A stretch of DNA of 64,000 nucleotides from Deltaproteobacteria bacterium (GTDB taxonomy: Bacteria > Desulfobacterota > Deferrisomatia > Deferrisomatales > BM512): positions 12,856-76,855 of the forward strand of contig JAUVAU010000002.1 in the NCBI GenBank assembly GCA_030591565.1, written 5' to 3'. This document shows, piece after piece, positions 33,080 through 41,855 of the stretch. The position numbers and the translations under genes were made by a program. The stretch's first letter is position 1. The number at the start of each line of letters is the position of its first letter. The notes below the pieces were generated by a model. It saw only the letters and a program-made list of their open reading frames with translations, was not told where the DNA came from and did not search any database.

Positions 33080-34774
33080 TTAATCCCTTGCAGTGGTTCT
33101 GACCACCTCGTCGATGGTAGTAATCCCTGATTCAATTTTATTGATGCCCGCCATTCTCAGGGTGTTGATTCCATCGCGAATGGCTTGCTCCTTGATCTCC
33201 ATGGACGAAGCGCCGTTTAACACCAGTTCCTTGATGCTGTCGGTGATCGGCAAGACTTCGTAAAGCGCGACACGCCCCTTGTAGCCGGTGCCGCCGCAGA
33301 TGGTGCACCCTTCGCCCACCATGCATTTCATCGTAGCCGCCCTGTCGGGATCGACGCCGATGTCCACCAGCGCCTGCATTGATACATCCGCAGGTTTTTT
33401 GCACTCGGTACAGATTTTCCTGGCCAGACGCTGGGCCACGATGAGGTTGGTCGCCGATGCCACCAGGAAGGGCTCGACGCCCATGTTGAGTAAGCGGTTG
33501 ATCGTGCTGGGCGCGTCGTTGGTGTGCAGGGTCGAGAGGACCATATGTCCCGTGAGCGCCGCCTTGATCGATATCTCGGCTGTCTCAAAGTCTCGAATCT
33601 CACCGACCATGATGATGTCGGGGTCCTGGCGCAGGAAGCTCCTCAGCGCAGCTGCGAAGTTCAGGCCGATCTCGTCGTGCATTTGCACCTGGTTGATGCC
33701 CATCAGGTTGAACTCGACCGGGTCCTCGGCGGTGGAGATATTCGTGTCCACCACGTTGAGTTCGCTCAAGGCCGAGTAGAGGGTTGTCGTCTTTCCCGAT
33801 CCGGTGGGGCCGGTGACCAGCACCATGCCGAAGGGCCGGTAAATAGCTTCCTTGAAGTCTTCGAGAGCTTTTTCCTCGAAGCCCAGCTTGGTCATGTCCA
33901 GTTGCAGGTTGGATTTGTCGAGCAGGCGCAAAACGATTTTTTCGCCAAAGAGGGTGGGGAGGACGGAGACGCGAAAATCCATATCCTTGTCACGGCTCAG
34001 TTTGAGCTTGATGCGTCCATCCTGGGGCAGGCGGCGCTCGGCTATGTCGAGCAAGGCCATGATCTTCAAGCGGCTCGTGATGGCGTTCTTCAACTTCAAC
34101 GGCGGTTTCATCTCTTCGGTCATGACGCCGTCAACGCGGTAACGTACTCGAAAAGTCTTCTCGTAGGGCTCGATGTGTATGTCGCTGGCCCCCTTCTTGA
34201 TGGCGCTGGTCAGGATCATATTGACCAGCTTGACCACCGGGGCGTCATCCACCTCTTTCTCAAGGTCCTTGAGGTCCACATCATCTTCATCTGTCACGAC
34301 CTCAAGGTCATCGAGATCAAAGTCGCTCATCGCGTCGAGCAAGGACGCCGACTGGTCGTAGTACTTGTCTACGGCGTTCTTGATGGCGCTGGAAGAGGCG
34401 AGGACCACCTCGACGTTGTAGCCGGTCAGGAACTTGATGTCGTCGATGGCGAACATGTTGGATGGATCCTCCACAGCTACAATTAGTGTGGAGCCGACTC
34501 GGTTGATCGGTATGAGGTGGTATTTCTGGACCATCTCCTCGGAGATGAGTTTGATAACGTCGGGATCGATATCGTAGCTGTCAAGGTCTACCGGCGGCAC
34601 GCCATACTGGCGAGAGAGGACCTGCATCAGGTCGTCTTCCTTTACCATGTTGAGCCTTATCAGCGCCTCGCCCAGACGCCCTCCGTTTCTCTGCTGATCC
34701 TCACGCGCCTTCTTCAGGTCGGAGGCTGTCAGCATATTTTCTCTTACAAGTAAATCCCCAAGCTTGTTCGACAT
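33080..34774 (-). CDS. pilB: Type IV pilus assembly ATPase PilB
   Basis: N-terminal MshEN/T2SSE_N-like domain (LGDLLVRENMLTASDLKKA..), Walker A GPTGSGKTTT, a tetracysteine motif (CTEC...C..CGGTG). ATG 34774 is preceded by GGAGG. The extension to 34894 is rejected. Confidence 0.92.
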   Translation of the reverse strand: MSNKLGDLLVRENMLTASDLKKAREDQQRNGGRLGEALIRLNMVKEDDLMQVLSRQYGVPPVDLDSYDIDPDVIKLISEEMVQKYHLIPINRVGSTLIVAVEDPSNMFAIDDIKFLTGYNVEVVLASSSAIKNAVDKYYDQSASLLDAMSDFDLDDLEVVTDEDDVDLKDLEKEVDDAPVVKLVNMILTSAIKKGASDIHIEPYEKTFRVRYRVDGVMTEEMKPPLKLKNAITSRLKIMALLDIAERRLPQDGRIKLKLSRDKDMDFRVSVLPTLFGEKIVLRLLDKSNLQLDMTKLGFEEKALEDFKEAIYRPFGMVLVTGPTGSGKTTTLYSALSELNVVDTNISTAEDPVEFNLMGINQVQMHDEIGLNFAAALRSFLRQDPDIIMVGEIRDFETAEISIKAALTGHMVLSTLHTNDAPSTINRLLNMGVEPFLVASATNLIVAQRLARKICTECKKPADVSMQALVDIGVDPDRAATMKCMVGEGCTICGGTGYKGRVALYEVLPITDSIKELVLNGASSMEIKEQAIRDGINTLRMAGINKIESGITTIDEVVRTTARD

Positions 34775-34836
34775 GTTCCCTCCCCTTCGGGGGTCAATTC
34801 TAATTTGAAAACTAAAAAAACCTTGTCTGAAAACTT

Positions 34837-35730
34837 CTACTGCTTGAAAAGGATCTCCTCCATCCGCGCAAGTGGAGGTTCCTTGCCTGTCCAAAGGGCA
34901 AAGGCTTTTGCCCCCTGCATGAGCAGCATCCGGGCGCCGCTGGCCGATACAAGCCCCGCTTTGCGGGCTTGCGTCTCAAGGCTCGTGTGGCCCAAACGTG
35001 AGTAGGCCATATCATACACTAAAATGGACCTCTCCAATGTATCCATCGCCCAGGGCCATTTGCCACCGGGGTCAAGGCCCAGCGGAGTGGCGCTCACCAG
35101 GAGGTCGCCGCTGCAAAGAACGCTGGGCAGCTTCCCGACATCCATGGCGGTAAGTTTAGCTGAAGGCAAGCTGGGCGACAGTTCTTCTGCCAGTTTTTGC
35201 GCCTTTTCCGTTTTCCTTGCCGCCACTATTATCTCGGTCGCGCCGCCCTGGGCCAGCCCGACGAGCGCCGCTCGCGCCGCGCCTCCCGCTCCCAGTATGG
35301 CGGCCCTGCGCCCCCTGGGGGTGAACCCCAGGTCTATCTCCAGCGCGTCCATGAAACCGGCGACATCGGTGTTGTAGCCCTTCCAGCCAGTGTCAACGGG
35401 CACAAGGGTGTTGACCGCCCCGGTAAGCCCCGCGGTCCGGTCAACCTCGGTGGCGAGGGCAAAAGCCGCTTCTTTGTGGGGGACGGTTATGTTGATTCCC
35501 CCAAAGCCCATCTTGCGTGCGCCGTTGAGAACCGGGGCCAGGTCCTCGCGTTCGACCTCAAAAGCGAGGTAGCAGGCGTCGATCCCAAGCGCCTTGAAGG
35601 CGGCCGTCTGCATGGCTGGAGAGAGGCTGTGTCCCACCGGTTTTCCCAGAAGGGCAAAGAGCTTGGTGGACGCTCCAACCTCGATCGCCTGAGGAATCAA
35701 CCCGTCACCTCCTCGGAAAGCTCCCGGCAT
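34837..35730 (-). CDS. aroE: Shikimate dehydrogenase AroE
   Basis: ..LFALLGKPVGHSLSPAMQ..AF..LG....Y.AFEV.., ..NITVPHK.., ..NTD..GF.., GAGGAARA. The exact start is uncertain because the ORF overlaps the ribF 3' end. Confidence 0.85.
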   Translation of the reverse strand: MPGAFRGGDGLIPQAIEVGASTKLFALLGKPVGHSLSPAMQTAAFKALGIDACYLAFEVEREDLAPVLNGARKMGFGGINITVPHKEAAFALATEVDRTAGLTGAVNTLVPVDTGWKGYNTDVAGFMDALEIDLGFTPRGRRAAILGAGGAARAALVGLAQGGATEIIVAARKTEKAQKLAEELSPSLPSAKLTAMDVGKLPSVLCSGDLLVSATPLGLDPGGKWPWAMDTLERSILVYDMAYSRLGHTSLETQARKAGLVSASGARMLLMQGAKAFALWTGKEPPLARMEEILFKQ

Positions 35731-36653
35731 ATCCTCTCCACGTCCGCTTCTATCTGTGCGGTGAGAGCCTCCACCGAAGCAAAGGCGATCTCTCCGCGAA
35801 TCTTGCTTACAAACCTGAGCTTGACCGTATGCCCGTAAAGCTCCCCTTCAAGACCGGGCATGTGGGCCTCGACCAGTATCTCTCCGCCACCCCGTATCTC
35901 GCCGCCGCCAAAAGTTGGGTTGTCGCCAACGTTCACGGCTGCCATACGGGGCTCGCCGCCATCTATCTGGGCCCAGGCGGAATAAACGCCGGGGGTCGGC
36001 AAACACTGCTCGCGGGCCGTTATGTTGGCGGTGGGGAAGCCCAACTCCATTCCTCTGCCCTGCCCCCTGCCAACATTGCCGTGCAGCGAGTAGGGGCGAC
36101 CCAAAATCGTCTGCGCCAATTGAAAATCGGCACTTGAAATCGCAGCGCGAACGCTGGTGGAAGATGCGCGGGTGCCCTCTATTACAACCGGATCAAGGCA
36201 GTTGACCCCATATCCGGCCCTTGCCCCGAACGCTCTGAGCATTGCCATATCGCCCTTGCGGCCCTTGCCGAAGGCGAAATCGGAGCCGACCCACAGCTGT
36301 GATGCTCCCAGGGTATCGCCCAGCAGTGTTTGGGCAAACCATTGGGGCTCAAGCCCGGCGTATTCACGGTCGAAGCGCACCCTGACCAACACATCGACGC
36401 CAAGTCCTTCCAGCAGTTCGGCCTTCTGTTCAAAGTCTGTCAGGCTGGGTGGACAGGCTGAAGGGTTTAGCAGGCTGAGAGGATGCGGGTCGAAGGTGTA
36501 GACAAGGGCTATCGCGTTCAGCTCATCCGCCTGACGACGCACACTCCCTATCAGCGCTTGATGCCCCAGGTGGACGCCATCGAAGTTGCCCACTGTGACC
36601 ACGCAGCCATCATATCGCCCAGGCTTTAGTTCGGTACCTTTTACGATCAGCAT
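35697..36653 (-). CDS. ribF: Bifunctional riboflavin kinase / FMN adenylyltransferase RibF
   Basis: ..VVTVGNFDGVHLGHQAL.. nucleotidyltransferase motif and a C-terminal riboflavin kinase domain (..GFPTANI.., ..GVY.., ..NVG.NPTF..). ATG 36653 was chosen over the longer ORF. Confidence 0.9.
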   Translation of the reverse strand: MLIVKGTELKPGRYDGCVVTVGNFDGVHLGHQALIGSVRRQADELNAIALVYTFDPHPLSLLNPSACPPSLTDFEQKAELLEGLGVDVLVRVRFDREYAGLEPQWFAQTLLGDTLGASQLWVGSDFAFGKGRKGDMAMLRAFGARAGYGVNCLDPVVIEGTRASSTSVRAAISSADFQLAQTILGRPYSLHGNVGRGQGRGMELGFPTANITAREQCLPTPGVYSAWAQIDGGEPRMAAVNVGDNPTFGGGEIRGGGEILVEAHMPGLEGELYGHTVKLRFVSKIRGEIAFASVEALTAQIEADVERICRELSEEVTG

Positions 36654-36785
36654 GTGTATATAAATCGCCCGGGCGAGATGAATACAAACCACCCAATAAT
36701 TTCAAAATCTCCAGTAACCTCGTAAAGATACAAGTGAAATGCCCTGGTGTCAAGGTGAGCCTGCGCCGGGGTGGGGCAAGCGGCG

Positions 36786-37265
36786 TCATCCCTGGCGGGC
36801 GGAGGCGGAGGAATTGAAGTGCATGGACATGCCTGCGTCCTGGAAAACCTTGTAGCGTGCGCGCGCCGCAGCGGTCGCTTGCATGTCGAGTTTGGGGACG
36901 AAATCAATAACCGTGGCAAACCCTTTCGAGAATTTAAGGACTTCGTCGGTGATTAACGGTAGCGCGATGACAAGCACGGAGGCACCGTTTGGATTTGCAA
37001 TTTTGAACCCTATTGAAACGGGGTCGGCGCCGGTGCCCTTGTCGGAGCAGATGGAGTGGGGGATAAACGACTCATCGGCGAATACCCAGAGCAGCTCGTC
37101 CAAATCCGCCGCACCGGCCCGTGAGCCGGTCAAGAGGTAGACCCGCGAACCCCCACCGTAGAGCTCGGCGACCTTTGCGCAAAGCCTGGTCTGCCAGCGC
37201 GCCACGGCTATCTCGTAGAACTCTACTTTCGTCACGTTTTCACTCATGCCTTTGATGGTAGCCAA
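36786..37265 (-). CDS. holC: DNA polymerase III chi subunit HolC
   Basis: Collinear with E. coli HolC as I remember it: FY.......R.CAKVAE.Y..G.RV.....S...A..LDELLW.F...SFIPH..., ..FATVIDFVP.., ..ARARYKVFQDAG. Confidence 0.75.
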   Translation of the reverse strand: MATIKGMSENVTKVEFYEIAVARWQTRLCAKVAELYGGGSRVYLLTGSRAGAADLDELLWVFADESFIPHSICSDKGTGADPVSIGFKIANPNGASVLVIALPLITDEVLKFSKGFATVIDFVPKLDMQATAAARARYKVFQDAGMSMHFNSSASARQG

Positions 37266-37300
37266 ACATTCAGTTCAGGTAAAGAAGGGATGCACAGCTG

Positions 37301-37347
37301 TTGACACTGTTGCGGTCAACGGGTACATTTGAGCACATGTTCAAATG
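37301..37347 (+). promoter_or_regulatory. Sigma70-like promoter (TTGACA-17-TACATT) overlapped by a 22-bp near-palindrome; probable ArsR autoregulatory operator
   Basis: TTGACA 37301-37306 and TACATT 37324-37329. The palindrome CATTTGAGCAC|ATGTTCAAATG (37326-37347) has 9 of 11 arm positions complementary. It lies directly upstream of the arsR SD GGAGG. Confidence 0.45.
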
Positions 37348-37360
37348 ATGGAGGTGAGTG

Positions 37361-37720
37361 ATGGTTGCGCCGTCTGATGTGTGCAGCGAAAAACTTTTTC
37401 GCCCCGAAGAGGTGGAGCGGGCCAGGGAAATGGTCGAGCAGACTCCGGTGGACCCACTGGCCGAGCTGTTCAAGGTGCTGGGTGACCGGACCAGGACTGG
37501 AATCCTCACCGCTATCTCTTCGGGAGAGTTGTGCGTATGCGATTTGGCTGAACTGTTTTCAGTCACCCCCGGAGCCATCTCCCATCAACTCAGGTTGCTA
37601 AAGGCCCACCGGCTGGTCAAGGCGCGTCGCGAGGGCAAGATGGTTTTCTATTCGCTTGATGACGATCACGTGGCCGGGCTGATGTCCATGGGGTCCGATC
37701 ACGTTAAAGAGGGAAGATGA
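37361..37720 (+). CDS. ArsR/SmtB-family metalloregulator
   Basis: ..LFKVLGDRTRTGILTAISSGELCVCDLAELFSVTPGAISHQLRLLKAHRLVKARREGKMVFYSL.. , a winged HTH with a CVC metal-site motif. It overlaps the permease start (ATGA). Confidence 0.85.
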   Translation: MVAPSDVCSEKLFRPEEVERAREMVEQTPVDPLAELFKVLGDRTRTGILTAISSGELCVCDLAELFSVTPGAISHQLRLLKAHRLVKARREGKMVFYSLDDDHVAGLMSMGSDHVKEGR

Positions 37721-38772
37721 TGGAAGTTGTTTCAAACATATTGAGCCACACCTGGGCGTTCTGGGTGGAGGCCTCACCCTGGCTGATATTGGGTTTTGTC
37801 GCGGCTGGTCTGGTCCACGCTTTTTTGTCCGCTGATTTTGTCGCCACCCACCTTGGGAAGGGGAAGGTCTGGCCGGTGATCAAAGCCGCCATGTTGGGCA
37901 TCCCCCTGCCGCTATGCTCCTGCGGCGTGTTGCCGGCGGCGCTTGGCCTCAACAAGAAGGGCGCCTCCAAGGGGGCGACACTCTCATTTTTGATTTCCAC
38001 CCCTGAGACCGGGGTTGACTCAATGGCGGTTACCTATGCGCTGATGGACCCGGTGATGGCTGTTTGGCGGCCCTTTGCGGCGCTGGTCTCGGCGCTTATT
38101 GCCGGTGTGTCAGAGTCCTTTCTGGGCAGCGAGTCAAATAATATCAATGACGCTGAACCCGATCGCAGCTGCGGCTGTGATGACGTTGCCGCACCCAGGG
38201 GTCCGGTGTTCAAAAGAATGGTGAAGGGAGTGGGTTTCGCCTTCGATGATCTGTTGCGGGACCTGCTGCCGTGGCTGCTGCTGGGTACCTTCATAGCGGG
38301 CACCGTCTCGGCTCTTGTACCCGAGGGGTGGTTTGAGGCGGCGCTGGGCGGGGGATTTAAGCCGATGCTCATCATGCTGGTGGTGGGGGTGCCGATGTAT
38401 ATATGCGCCACAGCCTCCACCCCGGTGGCTGCCGCGTTGATGCTGAAGGGGCTAAGCCCCGGTGCGGCCCTGGTGTTTTTGCTGGTTGGCCCCGCGACCA
38501 ATACCGCATCGATTCTTGCCCTCTGGAAGAATCTCGGTGCAGCGACCACGATACGGTATCTCATAAGCCTCTGCGTAGGTGCGCTGCTGATGGGGTATGG
38601 CCTGGAGCTCGTATATCCGATGCTGGGTATGGAACCTTCGGTTTCGGTAGGAGTGGGCCAGGAGGGAGCACCCGGTATGTCGGCGACGGTCAGCGCGGTG
38701 GTGTTGGCGGGGTTGAGCGTGCGAGCATATTTTTCAAGATTTTTCAAGCCCACACTGCCTGGGGGCGGCTGA
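37717..38772 (+). CDS. DUF318-type permease (predicted metal/metalloid efflux permease)
   Basis: 351 aa, polytopic, with ..MLGIPLPLCSCGVLPAALGL..GAS.GATLSFLISTPETGVDS.. typical of the family. It is translationally coupled to arsR. The family name is recalled, not searched. Confidence 0.7.
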   Translation: MMEVVSNILSHTWAFWVEASPWLILGFVAAGLVHAFLSADFVATHLGKGKVWPVIKAAMLGIPLPLCSCGVLPAALGLNKKGASKGATLSFLISTPETGVDSMAVTYALMDPVMAVWRPFAALVSALIAGVSESFLGSESNNINDAEPDRSCGCDDVAAPRGPVFKRMVKGVGFAFDDLLRDLLPWLLLGTFIAGTVSALVPEGWFEAALGGGFKPMLIMLVVGVPMYICATASTPVAAALMLKGLSPGAALVFLLVGPATNTASILALWKNLGAATTIRYLISLCVGALLMGYGLELVYPMLGMEPSVSVGVGQEGAPGMSATVSAVVLAGLSVRAYFSRFFKPTLPGGG

Positions 38773-38883
38773 AGCTCGTCGGGCGACCTGGATGGTCGTA
38801 AATCATCTTGCTAGACGGTGCAGAAAGCGTATCATCACCTCAGAGAGAAAAACCCATACCCGCACACAGGAGGTCTTTGAGTT

Positions 38884-39375
38884 ATGAAATCACCAATACG
38901 TATTTTGGCTCTGCTGGCCGTTATAGCCCTTTTCTGCGCTCCCGCACACGCCCTGCCCAAGCAGGGAGACATGGAGGCCGGAGGACAGCTGGCCGGTTGG
39001 ATCATGACCGATTACGACAATATGGTCGCGCTCTCAGGTTCGATGGGGATCTTCTACACCGATGAAATATATGTGGGCGCCAGGGTCGAAGTGGGTGTCT
39101 CCGATGATAGCGCAGTGGCCCTTGTAGTCGAAGGAGCTTACAACTTTCCGGTGAACGAAGTCTTCTCCCCCTACGCGGGAGCCACCCTTGGAGCGGCCTA
39201 CGTGGATGTGGACGATGACGGAGAAATTGCGCTCAAGACCAGCGCGCTTGGCGGCGTGAAATACTACCTGAACGAGTATTACTCGATCTATGCCGAGGCC
39301 CAGCTGGGCTACTTCCTGGCCGATGAGTCCACCGAGTTTCTTGGCATCGGCATTGGCGCGAAAATGAAGTTCTAA
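38884..39375 (+). CDS. Small outer-membrane beta-barrel protein
   Basis: Signal peptide MKSPIRILALLAVIALFCAPAHA|L, alternating beta-strand pattern, and a C-terminal ..GIGAKMKF ending in Phe. Confidence 0.65.
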   Translation: MKSPIRILALLAVIALFCAPAHALPKQGDMEAGGQLAGWIMTDYDNMVALSGSMGIFYTDEIYVGARVEVGVSDDSAVALVVEGAYNFPVNEVFSPYAGATLGAAYVDVDDDGEIALKTSALGGVKYYLNEYYSIYAEAQLGYFLADESTEFLGIGIGAKMKF

Positions 39376-39401
39376 CTTAATACCGTATTTCTGCTATGTA
39401 C

Positions 39402-39441
39402 AAAGCGGCCCCGCCAATTCAAGGCGAGGCCGTTTTTATTT
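39402..39441 (+). terminator. Rho-independent terminator after the OMP gene (overlaps the 3' end of the convergent kinase gene)
   Basis: CGGCCCCGCC-aattcaa-GGCGAGGCCG (10-bp stem, one mismatch) followed by TTTTTATTTT. Confidence 0.5.
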
Positions 39442-41014
39442 TCTCCAGCGCAATCAGGTAGGGGGCTTCAGCGTCGGTCATGTGGGGTATTTCAACGGCT
39501 AACGCACCGGCCTCCTCCCCGAACCTTTCCCACCTCGTGGCGGCTTGCTGAAATATCTCCCAATCGGCGTCGGAGAGCCCGACAGGGTCCGCAATGCTTC
39601 TCCCCGCGAGCCGCTTCCTGACGACCTCCACCGGTGCGGTCCTGTGGAATATCAGCACTACCACGCAGAGGCTTCGGGCCATTTCGATAAAGTCTCGCCG
39701 CAGCGCTTCCACGCCAAAGGCGGCATCGACCACCACGGGGTTGCCATCGAGGAGCTGCATTTTGGCCCTGCGCGAACACTCGGCATAGGTCTTGGCCGTA
39801 TTGGCCGGGGTGTAGATGCCTTCGCCAAAGGGCGCCCTGGCCGACTGGTCCGGCTTAATGCCCGCCAGCTCTTTTCTCACCAGATCAGAGGAGATACGGG
39901 TGACGCCCAGCTTTGCTTCAAGGTCGGAGGCGAGTTGCGATTTCCCCGTACCCGGCAGCCCGCAGGTGAGCGCAAGAAAGGGCCGCTTTAACGGCGGCAG
40001 GAGGCTTGAGAGGGCGAGAAGCCAGTGGGCGCTGGCCCAGTTGGCCGCCTCGACTCTCTTGGAGTCTTCCACCTGTTCGTCCACCGCCTTTATCCCTTCG
40101 ACCTTGGCTCGCACCGCCGCACGATAGGAGATGTAGAAGTCGAGCAGCCCCCGGCCTTCCTCATCTTTTGTGGCGGCGAAGTAGGAGTCGGTAAAAGTTT
40201 CCATCCAGTCGCGCCGCCCGTGGAAGATGAGGTCCATCGCAAGAAAGGCCATGTCGGAGACCACGTCGCTTATGCGGTAGTAGTCGCTAAACTCCACGCA
40301 GTCGAGGATGAGGAGGTCCTGGGGGGGTGCGCGGCGGGGAAAATAATAAACGTGATCCAGGTGCAGGTCGCCGTGGGTGTCTCTGGTCATGCCGGAGTTG
40401 GCGCGCTTGGCTATCAGCGGGGTCAACCGGGATAGCGCGGCCTCGGCAGCGGCTTCCAGCTTATCCAGCAATGTGGTTGTGACGGTTGTCCCCACGTGGC
40501 GGCGAGAATAGGCAATGTTGTCCCTCACGTGCTGGGCCACTGTCTCGAAGGAGCCAAAGCGCGAGTACTCCTTCGGGCTACCTGCTTCAAGATGGAGGGT
40601 CGCCAGGTGGTTGCCCAGCCTTGAAAAGGTGTCGGAAGTCAGCTGCCCCAGCTCCATTCGCGAGAGCAGGGTGGCCTCGTCGGGCAGCCGCTTCATCTTG
40701 ACCGCCCATTCGATTACAGTACCATCCACCTCGAAGCGGGGGCCTTTTTCGGTCATGACTACCGGGACCACCCCAAGGTAGACGCCGGGGGCGAAGCGGG
40801 AATTCAGGCGCACCTCTTCGTTACAGTAGTGGTGGCGTTTTTTGAGCGAGGTGAAGTCGAGAAACCCCAGATTTACGGGTTTTTTTATTTTGTATGCGAA
40901 GTTGTCTGTGAGAAATATTACAGAAATATGTGTTTGGCGTAGCTCGACGCAGGAGGTCGGCTGGGGGTACGCCTCAGGTTGTTGAAGGCGGATCAAGAGG
41001 TCGGATGATTCCAT
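39419..41014 (-). CDS. Bifunctional protein: N-terminal aminoglycoside-phosphotransferase-like kinase fold + C-terminal P-loop (AAA/kinase) domain
   Basis: N-terminus ..ETHIS-like QTHISVIFLTDNFAYKIKKPVNLGFLDFTSLKKR..C..E..LN.R.AP.VY, ..HGDLHLDHV.. catalytic loop, and C-terminal Walker A CGLPGTGKS. Confidence 0.75.
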   Translation of the reverse strand: MESSDLLIRLQQPEAYPQPTSCVELRQTHISVIFLTDNFAYKIKKPVNLGFLDFTSLKKRHHYCNEEVRLNSRFAPGVYLGVVPVVMTEKGPRFEVDGTVIEWAVKMKRLPDEATLLSRMELGQLTSDTFSRLGNHLATLHLEAGSPKEYSRFGSFETVAQHVRDNIAYSRRHVGTTVTTTLLDKLEAAAEAALSRLTPLIAKRANSGMTRDTHGDLHLDHVYYFPRRAPPQDLLILDCVEFSDYYRISDVVSDMAFLAMDLIFHGRRDWMETFTDSYFAATKDEEGRGLLDFYISYRAAVRAKVEGIKAVDEQVEDSKRVEAANWASAHWLLALSSLLPPLKRPFLALTCGLPGTGKSQLASDLEAKLGVTRISSDLVRKELAGIKPDQSARAPFGEGIYTPANTAKTYAECSRRAKMQLLDGNPVVVDAAFGVEALRRDFIEMARSLCVVVLIFHRTAPVEVVRKRLAGRSIADPVGLSDADWEIFQQAATRWERFGEEAGALAVEIPHMTDAEAPYLIALEKIKTASP

Positions 41015-41252
41015 TTAGCGGATTCTCCGGTTGCGACGCTAACCTGTATTCTATCGCGCGGGGAGCATGTCGCCCCTCTTCTTCCTCAATGTGCTGCAAT
41101 TCTTCCATCCACTCAAAATATATGGGCACCATGATGGCGAGAAAGGTCGCGATCATGAGGAAGAAGAAAGACCCCACCCAGTAGTATCCCAACTTTTCCG
41201 ATGATTCCAACTGGTTCCAGCTTCTTTTTTTAGCCATCTTTATCTCTAGCAC
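40974..41252 (-). CDS. Possible small membrane protein (92 aa)
   Basis: One clear TM helix (YYWVGSFFFLMIATFLAIMVPIYF). It sits directly after the aldolase gene and overlaps the next gene by 41 nt. No recognised family. Confidence 0.3.
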   Translation of the reverse strand: MLEIKMAKKRSWNQLESSEKLGYYWVGSFFFLMIATFLAIMVPIYFEWMEELQHIEEEEGRHAPRAIEYRLASQPENPLNGIIRPLDPPSTT

Positions 41253-41855
41253 CTACCATGTTTCGTATTTGTCGGCGTCCTTGCGGAACTCCTTGGCCGA
41301 TTTGCCCAGACCGCATACAAGGTACAGGATGCGTGACGAAAATTCCAGTGAAGAGGTCAGCATGAACGCTTCCTCAAGCATTTCACCCACGGCAAACGAG
41401 CCGTGCCCCCTGAGCATTACGACCTTGTGGTCCTTTAGCGCCGGGGCAACCACGTCGGCTACCTCGGAGGAGCCGATGGTGCGAGACGAGGTTACGACCG
41501 GCACCCGGTGCAGGAGGTAAGAACCCTCAGAGTCCGCCGGTACTATCGCGTCCTCGCACATGGAGAGCGCGGTGGCGTGGGGCGGGTGGGCGTGAACGAT
41601 GGCGAGGGCGCTGGTCGCCTGGTATATGGCGCGGTGGACGACAAGCTCGCTTGAGGCGAGCATGATGTTGGAGTCGTCTTCGTACAGCCCCGTTTCAATA
41701 AGGTCTTCGGGCTTTAGCCTGCCGATCATGGAGCCGCGCCGCGTTATCAGGATGCGGTCGCCCATGCGCACGCTCATGTTGCCTGCGTGGGAGCTTGCCA
41801 GGCCGCCAAGGTAGATGTCGCGGCCGATGTCGCGAAACATTTCATGCATCCCCAA
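41253..41855 (-). CDS. Class II aldolase/adducin-family protein (fuculose-phosphate-aldolase/MtnB-like)
   Basis: ..SHAGNMSVR....ILITRRG.., ..S.E...H..IY......AIVHAHPPHATALS.. metal-binding His pattern; 200 aa. It overlaps the AOR stop by 14 nt. Confidence 0.8.
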   Translation of the reverse strand: MGMHEMFRDIGRDIYLGGLASSHAGNMSVRMGDRILITRRGSMIGRLKPEDLIETGLYEDDSNIMLASSELVVHRAIYQATSALAIVHAHPPHATALSMCEDAIVPADSEGSYLLHRVPVVTSSRTIGSSEVADVVAPALKDHKVVMLRGHGSFAVGEMLEEAFMLTSSLEFSSRILYLVCGLGKSAKEFRKDADKYETW

